A stretch of DNA of 64,000 nt from Spirochaetia bacterium (GCA_963666985.2 CAXXIA010000001.1:512001-576000); one strand, 5' to 3'; counted from the first letter of the stretch, positions 1 through 9,892 are shown. Made by a program: numbers and translations. The notes: a model not told the origin generated them from the letters alone.

Positions 1-60
1 GCGGGAAGGCCCGTCCCGATTCCCGAGAGACTTCAAGAGATTTATCGGGAAGAGGGCTGA
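1..60 (+). CDS. 3' end of a CDS entering the window, possibly an acyl-CoA thioesterase
   Basis: Frame 1 is open from base 1: AGRPVPIPERLQEIYREEG-stop. G-x-P-x-P-I-P is a common C-terminal motif of hotdog thioesterases. Only 19 residues are visible. Confidence 0.3.
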   Translation, partial: AGRPVPIPERLQEIYREEG

Positions 61-196
61 AGAACTCCCCTAAAAGGTGCCTTGAATCATTGTATACATC
101 TTAGAAGCCGGCGGAACGACCGGTTTTAGAACTCCATTCGTGAGTACGCGGATGATGTCCGCCGGTCTCGTCCTATCTCCATGAAGCGCATGATGT

Positions 197-267
197 ATTG
201 GACCGGAAAAAAAGAGTCCGATTGGCCCTGTGGCCGCTTATGAATTAAGCTTATCTTATGGGCCAAT
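197..267. promoter_or_regulatory. Putative MocR-family operator (two direct repeats plus one inverted repeat)
   Basis: ATTGGACC (197-204), ATTGGCCC (221-228) and inverted GGGCCAAT (260-267) lie upstream of the MocR gene. The DR-DR-IR layout is typical of GabR/PdxR sites. Confidence 0.45.
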
Positions 268-348
268 AGGAGGCCGTACCATGTGGTTAAGGCGAAAAAG
301 CGATAAGCCCAAGGATGTATTCCCATTCGTTATTGAAGAGCCCGAAGA

Positions 349-1833
349 ATGGAAGTTTTGGATGATTCTTTGGATGATGAGAATCTGATGAATGCGAACG
401 GCCTCGTGTTGGATAGAAATTCGTCTCAGCCTCTTTTTCTGCAGCTGACCGTCGCGCTTCGGAAGGCCGTTACGGGAGAATTGTATTCACCGGGTGATCG
501 TTTGCCCCCGAGTCGTCTTATGGCTTTGAACCTCGGTGTTTCGAGGAACCTTGTTACGGCGGTATACGATCAGCTGGCCGCCGAGGGCTATCTCAGCGGT
601 AAGGTCGGCCGGGGGACTTTTGTTACTCCGGAGGCCGGCCGGGTGAAACAGAGACCGGTTACCTTTGGAAAAAATCCGCGCGGGCGAAGCGGAGGTTCTC
701 CCGTCGAGTACGATTTTACTCCGGGGAGACCGGATCTTTCGGCAATCCCCATCGACCGATGGTCCGAATCTCTGAAGGATGCGGTTCGCAATGGAGCCGT
801 TTCGGAGAGAGGCTACGGACCGGCGGAGGGGAGTGATCGGCTTCGGCGGGCCATTTCGGCCCTGCTCTTTCGAGTGCGGGGACTTGAAGTCTCGGCCGAT
901 GACATTCTCATTACAGCGGGGACGGCTCAGAGTCTTTTACTCCTCGCGTTATCCGTGGAACGGGGAACCTTTTACTGTGAAAATCCGTGTATCCCTTATG
1001 CCCGGGAAGCGTTTAAAGCCGTTTCTCATCGCATCAAACACCTTGATGCGGATACAAAGGGGGCTCTGACGCCGAACCGGAACGCCGGAGGAGTCTGTTA
1101 TCTCAATCCTAGTCATCAGTTTCCGCGCGGAACCCGCATGAGTCTTGAACGACGGCTTGAATTCATTGATTGGGCGAAAGAGAGCGATTCGATGATTATC
1201 GAGGATGATTATGATTCGGAATTTCGCTATGAAGGTTTACCGATTCCTCCCATGGCGGGAATCGGCGGTTCCCGCATTGTGTATTTGGGGACTTTCAGTA
1301 AATGTCTTTTCCCGTCTCTTCGCATCGGCTACCTGGTTGCGACCGGGAAGTCGGGTGAAACGATTCGCGCGAAAAAAGATGCTTTTCTGATGCGTGTTCC
1401 CGGTGATATACAGCGTGCTTTGGCATTGTTTATGGAACGCGGCTATTTGGATGCGCATATCAAATCCATGAAGACGATTTATCGGAACCGGGCCGATAAA
1501 ATCCGTGATGAATTAAACCGTCATCTGGGAGGAGGATGGAGCGCCGACGGAACCGAAGGAGGATTTCATTGGTCGGTAACGTTCGATGAAGTTCGATTCG
1601 GCCTTGAGTTTTTCGAATCCTGTTCCCGAGCGGGTTTGGCGATAAAGGGTGAGGGACATTATCGGACCGAGGCCGATGTGAGTACCGATCGGCTTGTTCT
1701 TGGATTCGGGAATCTTCGTGATGAAAAAATAGAAGCGGGTATCGGCACTCTGTGCCGTCTTGTCGAAGATTGCCGGAAGCGGAGTTTCGGCCGAGCCCCG
1801 GTTAAGCCGGAACATGAACAGCGGAATGCTTGA
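349..1833 (+). CDS. MocR/GabR-family regulator (GntR HTH fused to a PLP aminotransferase domain)
   Basis: N-terminal GntR wHTH (RLPPSRLMALNLGVSRNLV...GRGTFV), PSHQFPRG, IIEDDYDSEFRY and the PLP-lysine motif GTFSKCLFPSLRIGY. The start may instead be at 388. Confidence 0.95.
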   Translation: MEVLDDSLDDENLMNANGLVLDRNSSQPLFLQLTVALRKAVTGELYSPGDRLPPSRLMALNLGVSRNLVTAVYDQLAAEGYLSGKVGRGTFVTPEAGRVKQRPVTFGKNPRGRSGGSPVEYDFTPGRPDLSAIPIDRWSESLKDAVRNGAVSERGYGPAEGSDRLRRAISALLFRVRGLEVSADDILITAGTAQSLLLLALSVERGTFYCENPCIPYAREAFKAVSHRIKHLDADTKGALTPNRNAGGVCYLNPSHQFPRGTRMSLERRLEFIDWAKESDSMIIEDDYDSEFRYEGLPIPPMAGIGGSRIVYLGTFSKCLFPSLRIGYLVATGKSGETIRAKKDAFLMRVPGDIQRALALFMERGYLDAHIKSMKTIYRNRADKIRDELNRHLGGGWSADGTEGGFHWSVTFDEVRFGLEFFESCSRAGLAIKGEGHYRTEADVSTDRLVLGFGNLRDEKIEAGIGTLCRLVEDCRKRSFGRAPVKPEHEQRNA

Positions 1834-1877
1834 GGGATGAGCGCGAGAAGTACGCTCTTCAAGGCCGCGCCGTTTGT

Positions 1878-2555
1878 TCAGCGGGATGATTTTGCCAGGA
1901 TTTCTTCAACGGCTTTCCTGGTGATCATTCCTCCGTGAGCCAAATGGAAGTTTTGAACGCCTGCATCCAAAAGTTTCCGAAGGCTCGCTTTAAGATCATC
2001 GACATTATTTGAGAGAAGAGACAGGGCGGGTTTCAGCGGTGGGAATTTCATGATTAAATCGCCGATGATTGCCTCTTTTTCGTCGGTAATGACCGACAGG
2101 GATCCTGAGGTGTGTCCCGGAGTGGGAAGAATCTTTGCCGCGACACCGTAGGCGGCAAGGTCCGTTTCTTCGGTTACGGTGATATCGGCTTTGATGGGAC
2201 GACGGTTCTTTTCCGTGTTTTTCGGAGCGAATCGAGTCATGACGCGCGCCGGCACCGTTCTTGGAATAATCTCTTCCCCCCAGCCTTCTTCCAGGGCCGC
2301 GGCTGCGTTCTTATGGCAGAGAACCGGAGCGCCCGTAAGTACCCGAAGGGCGGAAAGCGAACCGACGTGGTCCCAGTGCCCGTGAGTCAGAACGATGAGA
2401 GAGACTTCGGAGGGTTTAATGCCGATATCGTTCAGCGCTTTTTCCATTGTGAAGCTATTCCCTTTAGGGCCGCAATCAACGAGAATGGTGCTCCGTCCGA
2501 CAAGAGCGAAGGCCTTTGCGAAACCTCCGATGAATGTTTGAATGTTTTGAGACAT
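1878..2555 (-). CDS. MBL-fold metallo-hydrolase
   Basis: LVDCG, THGHWDH (HxHxDH), TPGHTSGS, IIGD and AHG motifs. RBS AAGGAG upstream. Confidence 0.92.
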   Translation of the reverse strand: MSQNIQTFIGGFAKAFALVGRSTILVDCGPKGNSFTMEKALNDIGIKPSEVSLIVLTHGHWDHVGSLSALRVLTGAPVLCHKNAAAALEEGWGEEIIPRTVPARVMTRFAPKNTEKNRRPIKADITVTEETDLAAYGVAAKILPTPGHTSGSLSVITDEKEAIIGDLIMKFPPLKPALSLLSNNVDDLKASLRKLLDAGVQNFHLAHGGMITRKAVEEILAKSSR

Positions 2556-2645
2556 AGTTCTCCTTCCGTAATTGATTGTATATAAAACAAGAGTTCATGC
2601 GGGAGTCTTTTTGTTAAAAAGAAAACAGAATAGCCTGTTTTCAGG

Positions 2646-4037
2646 ATGCAATTTATGAAAGAGAAGAAAACCCTTTGGAAAATAGCATTGCCTCTTTTGA
2701 TGAACATGCTGATTTCTCAAGTGCAGCTTATTATCGACCGCTCCTTTCTCGGAAAATTGGATGTTGATTACATGAGCGCTTTGGGAAATGTCACGGCGCC
2801 GTTCTGGACGACGATGTCGGTTATTTGGGCGCTCACCACAGGTGCCACGGTTTTAATGAGTCAGGCAATCGGCGCAGGACGGGAAGAAAGTGTTGAAGGT
2901 TTGGGACACTGTGTTTTGAAATTCAACAGCATTATTTCCTTTTTCGTCATGGTGATGTGGCTTTTTCTGGGGAAAAAGATTTTTCAAGCCATGGGTGTAA
3001 CCGGAGTCGTTCTTGATTATGCCGTGGCTTATCTCATGCTGATGCTGCCCATGGTGCTTCTGACCGGACCTCTTTCCGGCGGAGTCGCCATACTCCAGGC
3101 TTATGGAACGACGCATCCGGTGATGATCTCCGGAATTGTCCGCTCAGGATTGAACATTATTCTTGATTGGATTCTTATCTTCGGGCATTTGGGAATGCCG
3201 AAGATGGGAATCCAGGGAGCGGCGCTGGCAACGACCATAGCGGAAATTATCGGTACGATTGTTTTATTCGCCATGATTTTAAAGCCGGGAGTCATCCCGT
3301 TTCGAATAACGTGGAAAAAAACCCTGAAAGCACCGCTCAGTCTTTACGGAAAGGTTTCCGGAAAGGGGATGCCTTCGGCCGGAGAAGAACTTCTCTGGAA
3401 TATGGGGAATATCGGTCTTATAAGGCTGCTGAACACCATCAGCATGACGGCGGCGGGAATCTATACAATGATATTCAGTATAGAGATTCTTCCGGCTCTG
3501 CTGTTTTCGGCCATAGGTCAGGGGGTTCTCACTTTGGCCGGTCATCGTACCGGTGAGGGGGATGTGAAGGGTGCGATCCGGATCGGTCTCCGCGGACTTC
3601 GCGACAGCGTGATCATCGCCGTGGCCGTATTTCTCGTTTTTCTATTCTTTCCCCGTTTCCTTTTGGGGATTTTCACGACGGACCCAATTGTCATTGATCA
3701 ATCGGTTCCTCTTTTGCTTGTTGCGGGCGCCATGTTTTTTCCCCGATCGGCCAATATTGTGATGGGGCACGGAATCCGGGGCTACGGCGATACGAAATGG
3801 ATGATGATGACGCAAATCTTCGGTACGGTTTACATCATCAGCTGCGGAGCGTTTCTGCTTTTTGTTCTTGATTTGGGAATTATGAGTGTGTACCTGGCTT
3901 TGATTTCCGATGAAACCCTCAGGGCGATTATCAACGCTTTCCGGTTTTTTAAAGGACCCCGGATCGGTGTCGATTTTCCTCAGCCCGAACCGGAAGAGGT
4001 GCCGGTGATTCCTCCGGATCTTCCGCCGATTTTGTAG
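2646..4037 (+). CDS. MATE-family efflux transporter
   Basis: KIALPL...IDRSFLGKL, NIILDWILIFG and MGIQGAALAT motifs, with about 12 hydrophobic segments. The start may instead be at 2655. Confidence 0.93.
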   Translation: MQFMKEKKTLWKIALPLLMNMLISQVQLIIDRSFLGKLDVDYMSALGNVTAPFWTTMSVIWALTTGATVLMSQAIGAGREESVEGLGHCVLKFNSIISFFVMVMWLFLGKKIFQAMGVTGVVLDYAVAYLMLMLPMVLLTGPLSGGVAILQAYGTTHPVMISGIVRSGLNIILDWILIFGHLGMPKMGIQGAALATTIAEIIGTIVLFAMILKPGVIPFRITWKKTLKAPLSLYGKVSGKGMPSAGEELLWNMGNIGLIRLLNTISMTAAGIYTMIFSIEILPALLFSAIGQGVLTLAGHRTGEGDVKGAIRIGLRGLRDSVIIAVAVFLVFLFFPRFLLGIFTTDPIVIDQSVPLLLVAGAMFFPRSANIVMGHGIRGYGDTKWMMMTQIFGTVYIISCGAFLLFVLDLGIMSVYLALISDETLRAIINAFRFFKGPRIGVDFPQPEPEEVPVIPPDLPPIL

Positions 4038-4271
4038 AGCATATGAAGTCGGCCGAAAAGCCGGATTCGCCGCAGCCTTATAAAGAGCGGCCGCAAGCCG
4101 AGAAGAACCAAAAGAATCGATTGAGAGCAAGATCGTTCGGTTCCTCTGGGCTTCGGGCCGATAAGGCAGGCCCCGATGATCTTTTAAAATCCGGATAAGG
4201 CAATATCCGTCGAGACTTCCATCATCGTCCGCATCAGAATCCAGATGTAACTGAAGATATGGAGGAATCGG

Positions 4272-4742
4272 ATGGCTCGTGAATGGAAAAGGGAATTGGT
4301 CTCCATCGGGACGGTCGTGAAAGACGGTGAGGTTCGGAAGATCGTACTTGATAAGGGGTACGGTCCGGGTTTGAAGGAATTAAGCGGTTTCAGTCACATT
4401 TTCGTTTTATGGTGGGCCGACCGCTATGAGGAACATCGATTTAAGGTCGAGATGCTCATGGATCTGCCGTATGCTTCCGGAGTCAGCGGCGGACTTTTTG
4501 CTACCAGATCGCCGGTTCGCCCCAATCCCATCGGTGTAAACACGGCGAAAATCCGGTCGGTGGATATCGAACGGGGCGAAATCAGGGTTGATGAAATCGA
4601 TGCTTTTAACGGTACAAAGGTTTTGGATATCAAGCCATACTATGGATGCATCGATAGGGTGGAAGATTATCATCAGCCCGAATGGGTTCCGGAGGATTGG
4701 GGAGAGTGGTATGTTCCCATTCCGGAAATGACTTACGAGTAG
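4272..4742 (+). CDS. TrmO/TsaA-like SAM-binding protein (N-terminal domain only)
   Basis: GLKELSGFSHI, GLFATRSPVRPNPIG and DAFNGTKVLDIKPY motifs. RBS GGAGG. Confidence 0.9.
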   Translation: MAREWKRELVSIGTVVKDGEVRKIVLDKGYGPGLKELSGFSHIFVLWWADRYEEHRFKVEMLMDLPYASGVSGGLFATRSPVRPNPIGVNTAKIRSVDIERGEIRVDEIDAFNGTKVLDIKPYYGCIDRVEDYHQPEWVPEDWGEWYVPIPEMTYE

Positions 4743-4928
4743 GAGTCTCTCTAAAAATGCGCCTTTGGTTCGAACACAGGGTCGTAGCGGAGCGAAGAGA
4801 GGAAGACTCCCGGCAATACTCTGTTCGGCGGTGCTCGAAATGCTTATGGAACGCAGCGGCACTCCGCTTTTCGCGCTCCTGCGGTCTTGTATTCGGACCC
4901 AATTCGCTCTTTTCTTAAAAAGAGACTC
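4743..4928. mobile_element. MITE-like imperfect palindromic element, 186 bp
   Basis: Terminal inverted repeats GAGTCTCT...AGAGACTC and long imperfect arm complementarity. It is flanked by AG on both sides and sits exactly between the TrmO stop codon and the next gene's start region. Confidence 0.65.
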
Positions 4929-4943
4929 AGGTAGGCGGATTTT

Positions 4944-5483
4944 ATGGATGCGCGAATCGCGGACGGAATCGATTTTTTTCTGGTTGGATTGTCCTTTTTC
5001 GGAGATCCTTTCTCCGGAAACGCAGGGTGGACCGAAGAAAATGAGATAGGCCGGCTGTGGTCGCGCTTCATGCGCCATCGGGAAGAATGCGCGGGTGAGT
5101 TTCCGCCTGCCTCCGAAGTTCGTCCGCCGGGATATTCCGGAGAATCGGATTTTTTAATGTTCGAAGCGCATATCATGGATTCCCTAACGGAAAAAACGGG
5201 ACATTATGAAGTCTTTGCCGGATATCCGGCGGATTCCAAGAACCTTGGCGAAATGTCCCCTCTTTTATGCGCGAAGCATTTCTTTTCGTCTAAAACGGCC
5301 TGGTTTACCCTCTCCGGTAATGTCATGGCCGACGAAGATACTTATGCGGCCATGGAAGTCTGGATTGCCGGCCAAGGTTTTGTTCGGGACGGTTCTTGGA
5401 CCTGTAATGTTTATGACGGGAGATTCAAAGGGATCGAACGGCTGGACGAATCGGTCATCGATGTGTGCATCCCGGTACGCTGA
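4944..5483 (+). CDS. GyrI-like small-molecule-binding (effector) domain protein
   Basis: LVGLSFFGDPF...NEIGRLWSRF N-terminus and a C-terminal YDGRF...IDVCIPV, the pattern of GyrI/Cass2-like proteins. Confidence 0.75.
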   Translation: MDARIADGIDFFLVGLSFFGDPFSGNAGWTEENEIGRLWSRFMRHREECAGEFPPASEVRPPGYSGESDFLMFEAHIMDSLTEKTGHYEVFAGYPADSKNLGEMSPLLCAKHFFSSKTAWFTLSGNVMADEDTYAAMEVWIAGQGFVRDGSWTCNVYDGRFKGIERLDESVIDVCIPVR

Positions 5484-6265
5484 TGTCTTCCATGGATGCT
5501 GTGGAACGTGTATTCGCCGCATTGGATTCCGTGGAACACCGGCTGACAGAGCCCATTTGTGTCGGAGATATGGCCGCCGCCGCCGGCTGCTCCCTGTTCC
5601 ATTTTATCCGTCTTTTCAATGCCGTTACTTGGCATTCACCCTACGATTATGCCATGCGGCGGAAAATCGGCGCTTCGGCGGCACGGGTTCTTGGCGGCGC
5701 GGAATCCCTTCTGGAGATAGCCTTGGACCTCGGATTCGAGAGTCCCGAGGGTTTTACCCGAGCATTCTGCCGCGTTTTCGGTATCAATCCTTCCGATGCC
5801 CGAAGAGAGGGTTTTGTTGATCCGCGGAAAATTCTTCATCTTCCGGACAAATTCATGCTGGATGTTCTCTCCCGCTGCAAAATTGCGGGGAAAACCCGAT
5901 TTGAGAGCGAATTCGCTCTCAATATTCGAACCGCAGCGGCCCGAGGCCCCGCCGAAGCTCTGGAATCCGCGGCCGGCGGTTTGGGAAATGGGAATTGGAT
6001 CGGAGTTATTTACGCATCCGAAAACGACGGCGGCATACAGGTCTTTGCCGGTCCCGGCGGTCCGTTCCGACTGAACATTGAGGCCGGTTCGTGGTTCGAG
6101 ATGGTCCATCGGGGGCCGGTTTCGGATCTGAAAATGATTCCCGGCCTTACGGATTTTGTCTTTTGGACCGCTTTGGGACTTTCCGAACCTCCCGATAAAA
6201 TCATCATGCATCGTAATAATGCTTCGGAAACGCAAGTTTTCATCAGAGCCGAAGGAGGTTCATAA
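5483..6265 (+). CDS. AraC-family transcriptional regulator
   Basis: N-terminal AraC HTH (CSLFHFIRLF, LLEIALDLGFESPEGFTRAFCRVFGINPS). TGATG translational coupling with the upstream gene. Confidence 0.9.
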   Translation: MSSMDAVERVFAALDSVEHRLTEPICVGDMAAAAGCSLFHFIRLFNAVTWHSPYDYAMRRKIGASAARVLGGAESLLEIALDLGFESPEGFTRAFCRVFGINPSDARREGFVDPRKILHLPDKFMLDVLSRCKIAGKTRFESEFALNIRTAAARGPAEALESAAGGLGNGNWIGVIYASENDGGIQVFAGPGGPFRLNIEAGSWFEMVHRGPVSDLKMIPGLTDFVFWTALGLSEPPDKIIMHRNNASETQVFIRAEGGS

Positions 6266-6711
6266 TGGCCGTTATCAGAGACGCCGAAATAAGTGATATC
6301 CCCGCCATGGCGGAACTTTTGGAAGAACTCTTCATGAAAGAGGCCGATTTTGTTCCGGACGGACAAAAGCAGGAACACGGATTGGCGTTGCTGCTGGAAT
6401 CCGATGCCGTCGTCCTCTGCGCCGACTCTTGCGGCGAGCTGGTGGGCATGGCGACGATGCAGTTTTCAGTATCCACCGCCGAAGGAGCGGTCGGCGGCCG
6501 GATTGAGGACGTGGTTGTCAAAAGGAATTTTCGCGGCGAGGGGATAGGGAAGCGTTTACTGGAAGAAATGATTTCACGAGCAAAAGCTTCGGGCTGCACT
6601 CGATTGCAGCTTGCGGCCGATGAGGAAAATATCCCGGCCCATGGATTCTATCGTCATTTGGGATGGGAAAGAACGAATCTTCGGCTATGGCATTTTTTTA
6701 CCGAACGATAA
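6265..6711 (+). CDS. GNAT-family N-acetyltransferase
   Basis: IEDVVV...FRGEGIGKRLL acetyl-CoA motif and N...AHGFYRHLGW. TAATG coupling. Confidence 0.93.
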   Translation: MAVIRDAEISDIPAMAELLEELFMKEADFVPDGQKQEHGLALLLESDAVVLCADSCGELVGMATMQFSVSTAEGAVGGRIEDVVVKRNFRGEGIGKRLLEEMISRAKASGCTRLQLAADEENIPAHGFYRHLGWERTNLRLWHFFTER

Positions 6712-7543
6712 ACGTTCTGTTTTCATGGACGAAAATGGATCGATTCAGATAGAGAAACAGAGCGTACACCAGGGTTCGGCGTTCCACGTCCTTGCCCATC
6801 TGAATCAGTTCCCGAATGGACGAGCGGTCGCTGACCGGCAGAACATTCTGCGCGATGATGGGGCCCTGATCCAAATCCTCATTGGCGAAATGAGCGGTGG
6901 CGCCGATAACCTTCACGCCTTTATACCAGGCCTGATGGTAGGGCTTGGCTCCTTTGAACGCAGGCAGAAATCCGTGATGGATGTTGATAACCCGGTTTTC
7001 CCAGGCACGGGTAAACTCAGCGGAGAGAATCTGCATGTATCGGGCCATTACGACAAGATCGATTCGGTATTCGCTCAAGATCTTCTGCATTCGATCTTCG
7101 GCTTTTTCCTTCCCTTCCGAATAATCGATTTGGTAAAAAGGAATGCCGAATTGTCCTGCCACAGGCTCGTTGATAAGGTGGTTCGATATAATCACGGGGA
7201 TTTCGCAGTCCAGCTCTCCGTCCCGATACTTCAGCAGCAGTTCCCACAGGCAGTGATTTGTTTTACTGACCAGAATGGCGACACGTTCTTTTTTATTCGT
7301 GTTGTACAGGCTCCATTCCATATTGAATTTTTCAGCCGTCGGAGCAAATGCGGCTTCGAATCCCTTGCGGTCGAAAGGGGCCGGAGCGTCGAATATGCCT
7401 TTGAGCATGAAAATACCGACATCCGAAGCGGTATGCTGGGTTAAATCCACGACGTTGGCGCCGTTTTCAGCAATGACTTGAGTAACGCAGGCAATGATGC
7501 CTTTCTGATCCGGGCAGGAAATCTTTATAATAAATCGGTCCAT
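6698..7543 (-). CDS. purU: Formyltetrahydrofolate deformylase
   Basis: ACT domain (SCPDQKGII), MARYMQILS, INIHHGFLPAFKGAKPYHQA, GATAHF and LDQGPIIAQ motifs. Confidence 0.97.
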   Translation of the reverse strand: MDRFIIKISCPDQKGIIACVTQVIAENGANVVDLTQHTASDVGIFMLKGIFDAPAPFDRKGFEAAFAPTAEKFNMEWSLYNTNKKERVAILVSKTNHCLWELLLKYRDGELDCEIPVIISNHLINEPVAGQFGIPFYQIDYSEGKEKAEDRMQKILSEYRIDLVVMARYMQILSAEFTRAWENRVINIHHGFLPAFKGAKPYHQAWYKGVKVIGATAHFANEDLDQGPIIAQNVLPVSDRSSIRELIQMGKDVERRTLVYALFLYLNRSIFVHENRTFIVR

Positions 7544-7544
7544 A

Positions 7545-8225
7545 TCAAACCTCCGAATGTTTTTCCCAGTGCTTATCCTTCACTTTCGCGACAAGAAGAC
7601 GCATGTTCAATCCCATCATCATCAGCGAGAGGACAAAGCTTCCGGTTACGACCGTCCAGGGATGTCCGCCCAGTGAAATGTTTTTCCAAATCGGAATGTC
7701 CATGGTTAAGTTCACGGTCAAAGTGAGAAAAGGAACCAGGAGAATGAAGAAAATCGGCGACCATTGCGTCAGCCAAAGGCCTTTATTGCGCATGAACAGA
7801 AGGGCCAGTCCGCCTCCGATGAGAACCGAAAGAAGAATCTCAAGAGGGATGAACCAGAGGGAGACAAAGAGCATTGTGGAAACGCCGCCGCCGCCTTTAA
7901 ATCGGTACCAGATGGGAAATATATGTCCCAGGACGGCGGCGATACCCATGGAGTAAAGAACTCCGTAATCAAAGGCCTGTTGTCCGTCGAAAAGAAATCG
8001 CTGAACGAAAAGGATGGGAATGATCGCTTTGAGTCCGTCGAGAATCATCACGAAAATACCCCAGCCGCGGCCTACGGTGCGCCCCATATTGGATGCTCCG
8101 GGATTTTTATTCCCCATGGTTCGTATGTCTTTTCCCGTAACGAGTTTCGTAAAGATGATGGCGAAATTGATACCGCCGATGAGGTATGCGGCAAGAATTA
8201 CGATCAAGGCTATGAGGATGGTCAT
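7545..8225 (-). CDS. plsY: Glycerol-3-phosphate acyltransferase (acyl-phosphate dependent)
   Basis: YLIGGI, DIRTMGNKNPGASN, DGLK and GHIFPIWYRFKGGGGVS motifs; membrane protein. Confidence 0.9.
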   Translation of the reverse strand: MTILIALIVILAAYLIGGINFAIIFTKLVTGKDIRTMGNKNPGASNMGRTVGRGWGIFVMILDGLKAIIPILFVQRFLFDGQQAFDYGVLYSMGIAAVLGHIFPIWYRFKGGGGVSTMLFVSLWFIPLEILLSVLIGGGLALLFMRNKGLWLTQWSPIFFILLVPFLTLTVNLTMDIPIWKNISLGGHPWTVVTGSFVLSLMMMGLNMRLLVAKVKDKHWEKHSEV

Positions 8226-8302
8226 GTTCTCTCCTTTCCGTGTTGGGAATCCGTCATTAAGAAAGCGGCGTATTATTGTTCGCGCCGGCGGGGTTGCCCG
8301 GA

Positions 8303-9892
8303 TTATTCCAGACTGATGATTAAGGCCGCCTTCGTCTGCCCTCCGAAATGATGCACGATTTCGGCCCCGGGCATGGCTTTACTCAGAACTTGAAGCACGG
8401 CTTCGAGATTTCTCGGATCAAATCCGTCGCCATGGTAAACGGCACAGTCGCTGAACTCATCCGTTTCCAGTTTTTTCAGCGCTTCGGATACGGCGAGGGA
8501 AGGAGATAACCCTTTTCCGAGGATTTCGTCCGAATGAGTGACGAACCAGTCGTTTTCTTCCAAATCCAATTCGCCGAATCGCGTATCCATGCCGCATTTA
8601 TAGACGAACAGTCCAACGGCATCATCAATGAAATCCATCATGGATTCCACGTTTTTTACCGCGGATTCTTCTTTGCTGAATCCGTAAGATGCGGTAATTC
8701 CCTGAATAACGCTTTTTGTCGGAACGATGGAAAGCGATTTGGAGGAATCGTTTTTTGCGGCAAGAACCGACGGGATGATGTTTGAGTTGTTCGGAAGAAC
8801 GATGACATGATCTTCTTCTATGTGTTCAAGAGCTTCAAGGATTTCTTCCGGAGAGGGAAGAACGTCTCCGTAAAGAAAGCAGTCCGTTATTTCCAAATCT
8901 TCAAAGATGCGTCCGAAACCTTCTCCCGGAATAAAAGAGAGTACGGCGCATTCGCCTTCATCACCGCTGCCGGCCGAAACCAAGCGGGTTTGTTCGTCCA
9001 TGTCGTCGACTTTCGTCCGTTCGAGGTATCCTGATGTTTTCAGCCGCTCAAAGACGGCTTCCGGTTCGTTCGTATGGATGTGAACTTTCAGCAAATCCTG
9101 TTCATCCACAAGGGCGATGCTGTCGCCCATGGAACCGAGCCATTCGGAGAGATCGGCATCTTTAGGCCCTTCGCGGCGAACGATCGCTTCGGTGCAGTAG
9201 CGGTAATGCGGGCGTTCTTCGGCACTGTTGGCCGAAGGATCGGGCTGGAAACGATAGTCGGCTTCTTCTTCCTCGACGGGAAGAGATCCGGTAAGTGCGG
9301 CGATCATGCCTCGAATAATAAAGAGAAGTCCGAGCGCGCCCGAGTCGATGACTCCGGCGCGCGCCAAGATGGGCAGTTGTTCCGGCGTTTTGAAAAGGGC
9401 CGCTGTTCCCGATTCTTCGGCGATTCTCAGAGCCTCAACCACATCATCGCCCGCGTAATCGGCAAGGGTTCGGCTTATCGCGGCGAGAATGCTGATCATG
9501 GTTCCTTCGGTCGGCGAGAAAAGGGCGCCGTTGACCGTATAGCTGCCGTTGGCGATGCCGGCCGCAAGATTTCTCGGAGTAAGAAACGCATCCTTCCCAA
9601 CGGCTTCGAAGAAACCGAAAAAGAATCGAGCCAGGATAAAGCCCGAATTCCCGCGGCTGCAGCGGTTGAGTTCGGCGACGAAATCCCGGCTCATTTCCGA
9701 AAGCGTTATTCCCTCGGCTTCTGTGAGATTTTCCACGCCCGCCGCAAGGGAAGATGTCATATTCCCGCCGGTATCTCCGTCGGGAACGGGAAACACATTA
9801 AGTCGGTCGAGCAGCTTGCGGTTCAGTTCCAGGTAGTCCAATCCGCCCCGTATGGCCGAGGCGAGCTGATCCGGCGACAGTTGTTTTACCAT
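8303..9892 (-). CDS. fakA: DAK2-domain fatty-acid kinase catalytic subunit (FakA/YloV-like)
   Basis: LNVFPVPDGDTGGNM, RGNSGFIL, GVIDSGALG, YCTE, KVHIHTNEP and LPNNSNI motifs. Confidence 0.92.
   Translation of the reverse strand: MVKQLSPDQLASAIRGGLDYLELNRKLLDRLNVFPVPDGDTGGNMTSSLAAGVENLTEAEGITLSEMSRDFVAELNRCSRGNSGFILARFFFGFFEAVGKDAFLTPRNLAAGIANGSYTVNGALFSPTEGTMISILAAISRTLADYAGDDVVEALRIAEESGTAALFKTPEQLPILARAGVIDSGALGLLFIIRGMIAALTGSLPVEEEEADYRFQPDPSANSAEERPHYRYCTEAIVRREGPKDADLSEWLGSMGDSIALVDEQDLLKVHIHTNEPEAVFERLKTSGYLERTKVDDMDEQTRLVSAGSGDEGECAVLSFIPGEGFGRIFEDLEITDCFLYGDVLPSPEEILEALEHIEEDHVIVLPNNSNIIPSVLAAKNDSSKSLSIVPTKSVIQGITASYGFSKEESAVKNVESMMDFIDDAVGLFVYKCGMDTRFGELDLEENDWFVTHSDEILGKGLSPSLAVSEALKKLETDEFSDCAVYHGDGFDPRNLEAVLQVLSKAMPGAEIVHHFGGQTKAALIISLE

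Noticed and set aside
4040..4260. Imperfect hairpin between MATE and TrmO as a possible riboswitch
   Set aside because: No conserved riboswitch motifs recognised, and the pairing is weak for GC-rich DNA.
6611..7444. 277-aa ORF antisense to purU, and similar long antisense ORFs over DAK2, lacI, araD, araM and the Wzi-like gene
   Set aside because: These are shadow ORFs opposite well-supported genes in GC-rich DNA and carry no family motifs.
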